Origin: a virus | Taxonomy: Duplodnaviria > Caudoviricetes | Length of the DNA stretch: 64,000 bases | Direction: 5' to 3' (one strand) | Virus record (IMG/VR): IMGVR_UViG_3300031992_002338 | Shown: positions 1 through 8,043 of the stretch, piece after piece | How the letters are laid out: each line of letters begins with the position of its first letter | How positions within the stretch are numbered: position 1 is the first letter of the stretch | The notes under the pieces: generated by a model | The model's input: the letters and a program-made list of their open reading frames with translations, nothing else | Database searches by the model: none | Told to the model about the DNA's origin: nothing | Position numbers and translations under genes: made by a program

Positions 1-1384
1 TATTAAACGTTCCTACAGATGAACTTCCATAATTAATAGTTAATGCTCCATGAGGCACTTTTACAGTCTTAGGGTCTGATGTGTTATAAGTATTTGCAGT
101 AAATTCACCAGCCTCAAATGTTAAGGTACTATGTGATAGTGTCCAAGCAGAACTGACTGCTGGGTCATATACATAACTTGTGCCATTATGTGTTGCAGTA
201 AGATTTTTTCTCTTAAGATGTGCAACATCAGAAGGTATAGTGATGTTTGATGACCTAATTGTATTGACTGTTCCACTACCTGGGTCATAGCTTTGAGTAG
301 ATTCCCCGCTAGTTGAACCATAATTAACATTTAATGTATTCCTATATAAATGGTTTACATCAGTTGCTGCTGTAATGTTAAGCGAGTTGGAGAGTGGGTT
401 AAATACCCAGTTTGTAGCGTCTCTATTAGACTTAACGTCACCGCTTACAGATGTCAATGAGAATGCACTTACTTCATGTTCCTTTGGTATATCAATGCTA
501 CCAATTGTCCTTTGACAAGTAGTACCACTATCTTGTATAAATGTATATGTACGTAGTATATCACCAGTACCTGGAGTATCAGTCATGTATATCTTACTTC
601 TGTCGAATACCTCATCAAGAGCACCATCAACTGTATTTGCCTTAATATCACATTGCCCATTCTTAGGTCTACGCTCATAGGTAATCGAACTAGTTCCACC
701 ACTGTTAGAGCAGTCTTTTCCTCCAATGTGCAAGTGTGTCTTTGCAAAAATGGAAACGGTGTCACCACTTTCGCACAACATATTATCTGCGAATATATTC
801 CCATTATTTACATCAACATCAAGCAAGCTTCCGCAGCCATCGTTTTTACCCTTAATTTCAGTTGTACCGTTAAGAGTTGCGTGACAAGTTGTAGTCACTG
901 AACTAAATGATGGGTTAGCATCAATCATAGCATATTGAGACATATCAATAGCTAGACCAGCACCATCTTTATAGCTACCAGCAGAAATTGGATTAATTAA
1001 ATTACCATAAATGTCCTTTGCTCCGTTTACTTTTTCATCATAAGGACTATAATCAGTGTCCTCTGGAACAACTTGATTAAGCTTAATAATAAGGTTTGAC
1101 TTATTATTTAAAAGGTCTTGTTCTGTAACCCCACCAACTTGTGAATTATCAGAACCTCTCATATATGCCTCATATGGGAACACCTCTTTTTGCTCCATCC
1201 ACCCAATAATGGTTTCATCCTCAGAGAACCTAACGACTTCTCCATTACTGTTTTTTGTAGAAATAAACGCATTACCTTTTGCGTTGTTCACGCCCAATTC
1301 ACCAAGCTCAAGGGTTGCTGGTGTTGGTTGTTTGTCATTCACACTGCTGTGAATGTGTAACAGTTTTCTTCTGTCTTTACTCAT
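1..1384 (-). CDS. Tail fibre / receptor-binding-like protein, partial (runs off the left edge)
   Basis: Not in the ORF track. ATG at 1384 reads MSKDRRKLLHIHSSVNDKQPTPATLELGELGVNNAKG..., and no stop was seen in the ~200 codons read by eye. The 'P..LELGELxVN' motif is typical of tail-fibre N-termini, and the body is Thr/Ser/Gly/Cys-rich. Confidence 0.7.
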   Translation of the reverse strand, partial: MSKDRRKLLHIHSSVNDKQPTPATLELGELGVNNAKGNAFISTKNSNGEVVRFSEDETIIGWMEQKEVFPYEAYMRGSDNSQVGGVTEQDLLNNKSNLIIKLNQVVPEDTDYSPYDEKVNGAKDIYGNLINPISAGSYKDGAGLAIDMSQYAMIDANPSFSSVTTTCHATLNGTTEIKGKNDGCGSLLDVDVNNGNIFADNMLCESGDTVSIFAKTHLHIGGKDCSNSGGTSSITYERRPKNGQCDIKANTVDGALDEVFDRSKIYMTDTPGTGDILRTYTFIQDSGTTCQRTIGSIDIPKEHEVSAFSLTSVSGDVKSNRDATNWVFNPLSNSLNITAATDVNHLYRNTLNVNYGSTSGESTQSYDPGSGTVNTIRSSNITIPSDVAHLKRKNLTATHNGTSYVYDPAVSSAWTLSHSTLTFEAGEFTANTYNTSDPKTVKVPHGALTINYGSSSVGTFN

Positions 1385-1471
1385 TTTTTTTTATGCTACT
1401 ATTTAGTATTATTAAAAAAGCAAATATATATTTGCTTAACTATTATTTTAATATAAATATTAAGCCAAATA

Positions 1472-1501
1472 AAAAAGAGCACCATAAAATGATGCTCTTT
1501 T
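1472..1501 (-). terminator. Intrinsic terminator-like hairpin
   Basis: Inverted repeat aaaagagca...tgctctttt with a U-tract on the minus strand. Confidence 0.55.
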
Positions 1502-1541
1502 GTAAAGCTTATATGAATTTGATATTTTATAAGATGAATTC

Positions 1542-2201
1542 TCAACCAACCACAGGGCGAACCGAGTAGCCGAGCTTACGGTAGAAATCGCCCACGACCT
1601 TGCTACCATTGAAAAAGCTCAAGTAGTAAGCGCTATTACTACCATTAGGAGAAGAACCCCAATAGTAACCGCCATTGCCTACATTGTTCTGGCTACCATT
1701 GCCCCAGTAGCCAGCAGCAGGAATGAATAAAACAGCCCCATTGGTAGCTGTGAATGTGCCGCCATTTATTCCACTACCTTTGTAGTTTGTTACCCACTGA
1801 TAAGTAGTATTAGCTGTCAATTCTTGCATTTGTGTTCTCGTTGGCATATGCCAAGAGCCACCCCATACTTGGGATGCCGTATCTACAGAAGAATCTAGTG
1901 GGTCTTCTGTTCCACCATAGTTGCTATCGCCACTTGTTGCTGCATACTGAGCAGCACCCTTACCGTATTGATAGTAATTACCATAATCCGTTTCTGATGA
2001 AGCACCAACGTTCATTGTAGCCCACTTTGTACCACTTGGAAGTCCAAGGTCAACATATTCATGTCCAACATAGGGGTCAACATAAGGATTATAATATACC
2101 TCATTCTCGTTCACACAGTAACTTACATTAGGCAAAATTAAGTTTTGCCTAGCTTCCTCATATTCGGCATAAGTTTTAAATAGTTTTAAATATATTCCCA
2201 T
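1542..2201 (-). CDS. C-type-lectin-fold (Fib_succ_major/DUF1566-like) protein, probable DGR target
   Basis: Motifs YVDLGLPSGTKWATMNVGA, W.MPT..Q..EL, LFIPAAG, G.YW.SS and a C-terminal G.SVRPV. Confidence 0.75.
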   Translation of the reverse strand: MGIYLKLFKTYAEYEEARQNLILPNVSYCVNENEVYYNPYVDPYVGHEYVDLGLPSGTKWATMNVGASSETDYGNYYQYGKGAAQYAATSGDSNYGGTEDPLDSSVDTASQVWGGSWHMPTRTQMQELTANTTYQWVTNYKGSGINGGTFTATNGAVLFIPAAGYWGNGSQNNVGNGGYYWGSSPNGSNSAYYLSFFNGSKVVGDFYRKLGYSVRPVVG

Positions 2202-2275
2202 AGTTTTAATTACCTTTTTTATTATAAATATTTATAATTTGTCAATTATGTATTATTTTTATATAAAAAGATATT

Positions 2276-2737
2276 ATGGGATACGTTTATTTAATAGGTG
2301 AAATCGGTAAGGAAGGTAGATATAAAATAGGTTCTACTAGAGCCAAAGATGTGAACAAGAGACTGAAGCAACTACAAACTGGGAACTCTTCAGAACTCTT
2401 TATTAAGGAAAGTTATGAGACAGAGCATCCATTCAAACTTGAAAAAATGCTCCACAATCACTTCAAATCATCAAACCTTATGGGGGAATGGTTTGAACTG
2501 TCCGAAAGCGATACAGAGGCTTTTAGAGGGGTCTGTGAGGAAAAAGAAAAGATTATATCATGTCTTAAAGACAATCCGTTCTATTTTAATGCTAGAATTA
2601 AAATGAATTTTGATAAACTAGATAGATACGGAAGAGTCTATGACCAAGAAACAATGAAAAGACTTATTGAAGATTTTAATGTGAGATTAAAAGAATCTGA
2701 GGATGTCTTAGGGGAACTTAACCATCCATTACGATAA
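2276..2737 (+). CDS. T5orf172/MUG113 (GIY-YIG-like) domain protein with a C-terminal extension
   Basis: GYVYLI...YKIG.T..V.KRLKQLQTGN...LEKMLH..F...GEWFEL. Confidence 0.8.
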   Translation: MGYVYLIGEIGKEGRYKIGSTRAKDVNKRLKQLQTGNSSELFIKESYETEHPFKLEKMLHNHFKSSNLMGEWFELSESDTEAFRGVCEEKEKIISCLKDNPFYFNARIKMNFDKLDRYGRVYDQETMKRLIEDFNVRLKESEDVLGELNHPLR

Positions 2738-2763
2738 AAGGGAACTACCGAAATAGTTCCCTT
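2738..2763. terminator. Bidirectional terminator between convergent genes
   Basis: Hairpin aagggaacta-ccgaaa-tagttccctt. Confidence 0.7.
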
Positions 2764-2767
2764 ATTT

Positions 2768-3454
2768 TTAAGCCCAACACCTTGCTCTTGTTCTTGCAGT
2801 CATATGGTCTCCTACAGAGAATGGGTCTGTACCATCGTCTGCAATCTTCTTCAATGTACCAATGGCATCCTCAAGCTGACTGATTGCCTTGAATGTCTTT
2901 CCAGCTAATGTCTGTAATCCAAGCCTCCTACCGTTGCCATTGATGCATTCCTCATTTTTATAAAGCTCCATGAGTCCGCTTTCAACAGCACCATTCATCA
3001 AATTGGTGATATGGGTCTTAATGTCCTCAAGTTTCCAAGCAATCTTTTCCACATACTGGTATGCAGCTTTCTCGTTTCTCTTAGCCATCTTCTGTACCTC
3101 TTCAACGAGGCTAGAAAGCTCACTGACATTCACACGGTAATGCACGAAATGAGGGCGAATCTTGCGATGCTCAAGAATCTCGTTGGCAATAGTACCCCAC
3201 TGACGATAAGCATGGTCATAGTATGCTGACAGAGACTTGAGAGTTGTGATAGGCTTCAGCATCTTCTCAATCTCCATTGCAACAGCACTAATCTCTTTAA
3301 CGACCTTCTTGCGTTTTTTGTTTTTTTTACCTTCGGCTTCTTTCTTCTCTTTCAGTATCTTCTTATACTCAGCCATAGTATAAGACTTGCCACCAACAGT
3401 AATCTTACAAGTGTCTCTCTCCATAGAGGACATTGATGTATAACCGCTTGCCAT
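2768..3454 (-). CDS. Hypothetical helical protein
   Basis: 228-aa ORF with phage-like codon usage. Confidence 0.7.
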   Translation of the reverse strand: MASGYTSMSSMERDTCKITVGGKSYTMAEYKKILKEKKEAEGKKNKKRKKVVKEISAVAMEIEKMLKPITTLKSLSAYYDHAYRQWGTIANEILEHRKIRPHFVHYRVNVSELSSLVEEVQKMAKRNEKAAYQYVEKIAWKLEDIKTHITNLMNGAVESGLMELYKNEECINGNGRRLGLQTLAGKTFKAISQLEDAIGTLKKIADDGTDPFSVGDHMTARTRARCWA

Positions 3455-3456
3455 AA

Positions 3457-3777
3457 TTATTCCTCCAAATAGGTTTTAGATGAAAGAAGATGCTCAAGTG
3501 CAATCTCTCGCTTCTCCTTATCGGTTGTCAACTGCCACATAATCTTATGCAAGTCTTTTGTATCAAGCATATTGATATTACGGACACTGTAACTATCGTC
3601 TATCCAAAATACAGAATTACCATTCTTATACATGGACACAATTCTCTTGCGTTCCTTATGACGGAACGTACCCTCAACAAACTCACACCAAAACTGTTTC
3701 TTCAACTTAATCTTGCCGCTTGTTCGTGCATCAACTTTTTCCTTAATCAATTTAAGGGTTTTCTGTCTAGAAATCAT
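3457..3777 (-). CDS. Hypothetical protein (start revised to MISRQK)
   Basis: The upstream part of the tracked ORF overlaps the promoter at 3807-3860, and ATG 3777 lies just downstream of it. Confidence 0.65.
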   Translation of the reverse strand: MISRQKTLKLIKEKVDARTSGKIKLKKQFWCEFVEGTFRHKERKRIVSMYKNGNSVFWIDDSYSVRNINMLDTKDLHKIMWQLTTDKEKREIALEHLLSSKTYLEE

Positions 3778-3806
3778 AATATAACAATGTTTTTTTTTAA
3801 TTCTAC

Positions 3807-3860
3807 TGCAAATGTACGAAAAAAAGTTGAACTGACCAAACATACAGCTCAACTTTTAGC
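3807..3860 (-). promoter_or_regulatory. Bacteroidota housekeeping-type promoter embedded in a stem-loop
   Basis: Minus strand TTTG...TACATTTGCA, plus inverted repeat aaaagttga/tcaactttt. Confidence 0.75.
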
Positions 3861-4256
3861 ATTTTTTAACTTTTTTATTTCTTCTAACTTCTCCTTAATA
3901 AGTTTCCTCTGTAATCTATCTGCAATTATATCGCAATGGCATGGTAATGGTTTGCAAAAGCACCCTAACCATATTTCTTTACCATTTTTATAGTTTTCAT
4001 ATATTTTATCAAAGGCAGTTGTTAATTCTTCGTCAACACCATATGCCTTATCAAAATATTCCCCAAATGCTGCTATTGCCTCTTCTCTAGTTTTAAACGA
4101 TAAATTTGCTATACTAGTTTTCACACCATTGTGCGTGAATGGATTGCCTAAAGGATTATCATTCTGCTTTGTCTTGGGGTTTCTATGTCTTCCACAATAG
4201 TAATAGCATTCTTCATTAGACCTATCCTCATTGTGTATGTTAATTACGTGTATCAT
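3849..4256 (-). CDS. DUF4326-like protein
   Basis: Y.GR...NPLGNPF...REEAI..F...LGCFCKPLPCHCDII. Confidence 0.75.
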   Translation of the reverse strand: MIHVINIHNEDRSNEECYYYCGRHRNPKTKQNDNPLGNPFTHNGVKTSIANLSFKTREEAIAAFGEYFDKAYGVDEELTTAFDKIYENYKNGKEIWLGCFCKPLPCHCDIIADRLQRKLIKEKLEEIKKLKNAKS

Positions 4257-4756
4257 TTCTTCAGTTTAAAATTATAGCACTCTCCTTTTTTAAAAGGGCT
4301 ATTTATCTTTTTCTCACTATCATCAATATACTCCTTTAAGAACTTGTTCCATAAACGCCTATAATATACAACGTACATCCCAATACCTTTGCGCTCATTC
4401 CATTTTGTTATTCTAGGTCTTGTGAATAATACCTCGCCTTTGACATTTTTAACTAGTATTTCATAAGGCTTGTTGCCATGCTCTTTTATCCACGTATCTC
4501 TGATAATAAAAAAGCGAGGATTTTTAAATAGCTTATGCGTAAGATTTGGCGCAAGAATGAATAACCTAGTCATGAAATTATTTAAAGCTCTATTATTCCT
4601 AGATAAATAATCCTCAACAAAGGTATTTTTGTATAACCTTCTCTTGAGGAAATATTTGTTTCCGTTATCGTTCATTATTATATTCCTGAAGAATAGATAT
4701 TCATCCAATATACAGTTTTTCTTCAGAAACATTAAAAATACTTGTGTTGCTGTCAT
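4253..4756 (-). CDS. Hypothetical protein
   Basis: ORF with start/stop overlaps to both neighbours. Confidence 0.65.
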   Translation of the reverse strand: MTATQVFLMFLKKNCILDEYLFFRNIIMNDNGNKYFLKRRLYKNTFVEDYLSRNNRALNNFMTRLFILAPNLTHKLFKNPRFFIIRDTWIKEHGNKPYEILVKNVKGEVLFTRPRITKWNERKGIGMYVVYYRRLWNKFLKEYIDDSEKKINSPFKKGECYNFKLKK

Positions 4757-4959
4757 GCTAACGCCCCATCTACCATTTTCAAAACACTATTGATTTCCGT
4801 TGGTGTTTTTTTGGATAGTTTGTTAAAAACCCTAATAGCCCTATTCCTATCAATCTCATTACTCCTAAATGCTTCTGCTGCATTCAGTATAGCATCAACT
4901 TGGTCACTAGGCATGTTCAACATTGATGCCATAGTCTTCTTCAAAAAAATATTTGCCAT
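4753..4959 (-). CDS. Small hypothetical protein (start MANIF)
   Basis: ORF downstream of a TATCTTTGCA promoter element at ~4976-4985. Confidence 0.55.
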   Translation of the reverse strand: MANIFLKKTMASMLNMPSDQVDAILNAAEAFRSNEIDRNRAIRVFNKLSKKTPTEINSVLKMVDGALA

Positions 4960-5009
4960 AATATAATCTATTTTATGCAAAGATATATAAAATATTTCAA
5001 AAAAACAAA

Positions 5010-5180
5010 TTAAAATACATTTTTTATCTTATCTAATGATTCATATAATGCTTTCATATCATCCCTATCAACCTTAGTTGAATCTATATAGTGTCCATAC
5101 TTGTCATACATAGTTACAGTAAACTCTCTCTCATGAGAATCATACTCAATTTCAATTTTATCACTTCTAAATATGTTCAT
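5010..5180 (-). CDS. Small hypothetical protein, 56 aa
   Basis: Read manually as MNIFRSDKIEIEYDSHEREF...; preceded by a TATTTATT motif. Confidence 0.55.
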   Translation of the reverse strand: MNIFRSDKIEIEYDSHEREFTVTMYDKYGHYIDSTKVDRDDMKALYESLDKIKNVF

Positions 5181-5301
5181 AATTTTACAATTTTAGAATA
5201 AATATAAACATATTTTCAAAAAGAAAATGCTAGCTATCTTCACAGATAACTAGCACTAATAAAATAAAAATAACATCAGTCACAAAGACTGTCTTGACAC
5301 T

Positions 5302-5505
5302 TCAATCCCAACCCCATATCTCATGTGACATAGGAAATCTCATAGCCATACGTTTTAGAGATTCCTCAGTAAACCATTTCTTCTTTCGGAAGAACCACTT
5401 GAATTTTTTATGGTTACTGCTCATCACATGAGCTTTCCAAGATTTCTTATGAGGCATCTTGTTCCAAAACCTTTTTGGGGTTTTATATTTCTTACCTTTA
5501 GACAT
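5302..5505 (-). CDS. Small basic hypothetical protein
   Basis: Lys/Trp-rich 67-aa ORF downstream of the tRNA cluster. Confidence 0.55.
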   Translation of the reverse strand: MSKGKKYKTPKRFWNKMPHKKSWKAHVMSSNHKKFKWFFRKKKWFTEESLKRMAMRFPMSHEIWGWD

Positions 5506-5521
5506 ATTAAATTGGTTTTAG

Positions 5522-5592
5522 TTGGACATAGAGGAATCGAACCTCTACCCTGACAGCCAAAATGTCATGTGCGACCATCACACTGATGTCCA
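5522..5592 (-). tRNA. tRNA-Gln(TTG)
   Basis: Acceptor TGGACAT/ATGTCCA, anticodon arm TGACA-TTTTGGC-TGTCA, T-loop GGTTCGATTCC. Confidence 0.9.
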
Positions 5593-5653
5593 ATATATTA
5601 TAGTAGCTCTGGAGGGATTCGAACCCTACGAGCCCAGCTGGGCAGCAGATTTT

Positions 5654-6429
5654 CTTACCACTATTGTTTTTACACAATCCAACTCACTGAGTTGTTGTAG
5701 TCTGGACTATTTCATCACCATGCAAAAACTGTTTAGGTGTCTCGTATATAGTCTCTACGCCATTTATCAGTATAATACTGAACTTAGAGAGTCATCGCCA
5801 AAGAATGTGTCACCACATTCGAGGTTTCTGTTTGTTAGCGAGATTCTACGCCCCAATGATTGTCAGTCATTGTTTTCTCCTTTCGGAAAGGGCGCACTCT
5901 TATTTCGACCACGATAATTGTCTGTTTGAGCATGGCAATTAGGACAAAGTATCTCAATATTTTCAATTCTATTGTCTCTATTGTTACCATTTTTATGGTG
6001 AACTTCTAAAGGAATTTCTTTGCCATTCCACTCAGTTCTTCCACAGCACTCACACTTTTTTTCCTTCACACCTTGTTCAAATAATTTAAACTTTAATTTA
6101 TATGATTGATAGTTGGAATCTTCTACCAAAATTTCTTCTAAAGCTAATGGAGGATTTGGGTTAAATTTCAACCCAACATTCCATCCTTGCCCAGTGAAAT
6201 GACTAGTATCGATGTTATATTCTGCTATTGCGTTTTTAACAACCCTATAATTTCCACCTATCGGCTTAATGCCCAAATTCCTACACATTTGTGCAATACT
6301 CAGCGCGTTTTTAGCCGCTTGCTCATATTCTTCTTTACTTTTTTTCATAATGTATACCATTTAACAATAAATAGTATAAAAACTCAAAAAGTAAAAGGTG
6401 TTAGACAACTTTTTATCGCGTCTCACTGA
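5654..6429 (-). mobile_element. Group I self-splicing intron (776 nt) carrying an HNH gene
   Basis: Follows exon U and ends in G. P1 CUU/GAG, P3 TCTCG/CGAGA, P7 GACTA/TAGTC, R-like GTAGAGACTATA and S-like GAAATAGTCC. Confidence 0.88.
5863..6348 (-). CDS. Intron-encoded HNH homing endonuclease (alternative start 6360)
   Basis: CECCG...LEVHHKNGNNRDNRIENIEILCPNCH, with an N-terminal HTH-like region. Confidence 0.9.
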   Translation of the reverse strand: MKKSKEEYEQAAKNALSIAQMCRNLGIKPIGGNYRVVKNAIAEYNIDTSHFTGQGWNVGLKFNPNPPLALEEILVEDSNYQSYKLKFKLFEQGVKEKKCECCGRTEWNGKEIPLEVHHKNGNNRDNRIENIEILCPNCHAQTDNYRGRNKSAPFPKGENND

Positions 6430-6470
6430 AAGTCTACCGTGTCTACCTCTGCACCACAGAGCCATATTTG

Positions 6471-6554
6471 TACCCTCGGAGGGATTCGAACCCTCAATGC
6501 CCTTTAGGACTCTACATCCTTAGTGTAGCGTGTCTGCCGTTCCACCACGAAGGT
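6471..6554 (-). tRNA. tRNA-Leu(AAG)
   Basis: Acceptor ACCTTCG/CGAGGGT, anticodon arm CTACA-CTAAGGA-TGTAG, long variable arm, GGTTCGAATCCC. Confidence 0.88.
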
Positions 6555-6561
6555 ATATTTG

Positions 6562-6642
6562 TAGCTCTAGTGGGAGTCGAACCCACATACCTTTCGGCAC
6601 CTGATTTTGAGTCAAGCGTGTCTACCATTGCACCATAGAGCC
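6562..6642 (-). tRNA. tRNA-Leu(CAA)
   Basis: Acceptor GGCTCTA/TAGAGCT, anticodon arm CTTGA-CTCAAAA-TCAGG, long variable arm. Confidence 0.92.
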
Positions 6643-6768
6643 ATATGTTTTTGCAACCTACACAAGACCGCTAATCTCCTTCCTGCCACACACCTATAAT
6701 CGCCTCGGTTGCTGTTTAGTCCTAATAAAACAAATGCATCGTAAATCAGATACTAACCCAATTCACGA

Positions 6769-6803
6769 TGCAAAGATATGAAAAATTTTTCAATTAACCA
6801 AAT
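6769..6803 (-). promoter_or_regulatory. Bacteroidota-type promoter of the tRNA operon
   Basis: Minus strand TTTGG...TATCTTTGCA. Confidence 0.7.
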
Positions 6804-6816
6804 ATTTTAGAGCTTT

Positions 6817-6948
6817 TTAACGAATAATTCTTTTTTCTGCTCTTCTGATTCTTCCACCCTCACTAAGTGGTCTACTTGGTCTTGTTGGTGCTGTTACCTT
6901 ATTCACGGCAGCACTATTTCCTTTGTTTTTACTACATCCACATGCCAT
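6817..6948 (-). CDS. Small basic protein (MACGCSKNK..., 43 aa)
   Basis: Read manually: N-terminal CxC and an Arg-rich C-terminus. Confidence 0.6.
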   Translation of the reverse strand: MACGCSKNKGNSAAVNKVTAPTRPSRPLSEGGRIRRAEKRIIR

Positions 6949-6976
6949 AGTTTCTTATATATTTTTAATAACGTTA

Positions 6977-7447
6977 TTATTCATTATAAGGATTTTCATC
7001 AAAGAAATAATTCTCTTCACTTGGAACGTCATAATCGCTGTAATCGACCTCAATGTTATTTTGAAGAGCTTTTTGAATGATTCCATTGTCTTCTATTGGA
7101 GTGCAATCACCATCTTGGCAATAATCAATCTCAATTACTTCAACTTCTGGATTATCAATTATCTCATCTGGGTCATCTGGCACGTCATAGTCATTGCTTC
7201 TCATACCTTGCTTCAAATATGGGCTACATAAGACATTGTACTTTACGTAAGCAAATGTGTCTTCGCCTAACTCTACCTCTGCCTCGTTCTCTCCTGGACT
7301 TGCGCTCAGTTGTTGCTGAACCAATCCTTGAGCAATGTCTTGTAAGAGTAGGTCATCACCACCTTGCTCACGCAAAATTCTCTCAACGCTACGTTGAATG
7401 AGATTGTGCAAATCTGACTCAGTTAATCTAATTATTTTTTTCATCAA
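6977..7447 (-). CDS. Acidic protein with N-terminal IRLTESDLH module (putative head-internal protein)
   Basis: MKKIIRLTESDLHNLIQRSVERILRE; TATTTATA motif upstream. Confidence 0.7.
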   Translation of the reverse strand: MMKKIIRLTESDLHNLIQRSVERILREQGGDDLLLQDIAQGLVQQQLSASPGENEAEVELGEDTFAYVKYNVLCSPYLKQGMRSNDYDVPDDPDEIIDNPEVEVIEIDYCQDGDCTPIEDNGIIQKALQNNIEVDYSDYDVPSEENYFFDENPYNE

Positions 7448-7603
7448 AAAATTATTTCTTTATATTATAAATATAACAAACTACGAAAAATATTCAATAT
7501 TTTTTGATATTTTTGTTAATATTGTCATATTCTTTAGTCACATAATGATATATGGCATATTCAGTACCCACAATGAATACTAAAAATAGTATTTCAAATG
7601 TTA

Positions 7604-8041
7604 TCATAATCCAAGATAGTCTAATATTGGATAGCAATTTTTTCTTATCTCTTCTTTCTCGTCTTTTGTGTATTTTGATTTATCACTGATAAGGTAATCA
7701 ACCTCTTCCCTACCATTTCTTACAGCTACGCATTTGGTAAGGTGACTACATTCCCAATCTATAACTGCACCAAGCCAATCAATCTTATTCATGCCATTTC
7801 TTCTACCGTAGAAGATATGGTGCTTATTATGATGCTTATGCCATTGTCTTACTCGGTTATAATCGCCCCAAATAAGTTTAAGCCAAGGCTTCTCAATGTC
7901 ATGTAAAAGCCATTTAGGTTTCCATACACCTAGCTTCCATGCAGTATAGTTGAAAGCAAAATAGTGCCAAGCCCAATATTTAAAACTAGATTTTTGAGAA
8001 ACATCAAATTTTCTCCATTTAATTTTTAAATTTTTAAACAT
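7604..8041 (-). CDS. HD-superfamily (DUF5662-like) protein
   Basis: H...HDIEK...H.HHNKHH...DW pattern. Confidence 0.6.
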   Translation of the reverse strand: MFKNLKIKWRKFDVSQKSSFKYWAWHYFAFNYTAWKLGVWKPKWLLHDIEKPWLKLIWGDYNRVRQWHKHHNKHHIFYGRRNGMNKIDWLGAVIDWECSHLTKCVAVRNGREEVDYLISDKSKYTKDEKEEIRKNCYPILDYLGL

Positions 8042-8043
8042 AA

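Larger units (their letters stand above)
5604..6463 (-). tRNA. tRNA-Leu(TAA) split by a group I intron (exons 6463-6430 and 5653-5604)
   Basis: The 5' half GGCTCTGTGGTGCAGAGGTAGACACGGTAGACTT and 3' half AAAATCTGCTGCCCAGCTGGGCTCGTAGGGTTCGAATCCCTCCAGAGCTA join into a complete class II cloverleaf with anticodon loop CTTAAAA. Confidence 0.9.

Noticed and set aside
121-1569. Short tracked ORFs at 121, 583, 653 and 1279
   Set aside because: They are shadows of the long minus-strand frame starting at 1384 that runs off the window.
5221-5300. Possible small RNA with two hairpins
   Set aside because: It is adequately explained as the terminator (tgctag-tatcttcacagata-ctagca) of the tRNA operon; there is no further support.
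5522-5917. 131-aa plus-strand ORF
   Set aside because: It is antisense to tRNA-Gln, the tRNA-Leu 3' exon and the intron core, so it is spurious.
6652-6712. SRP RNA or a fifth tRNA
   Set aside because: GGAAGG is present but the SRP domain IV pairing is not, and there is no T-loop or anticodon arm; it is kept only as an unknown element.
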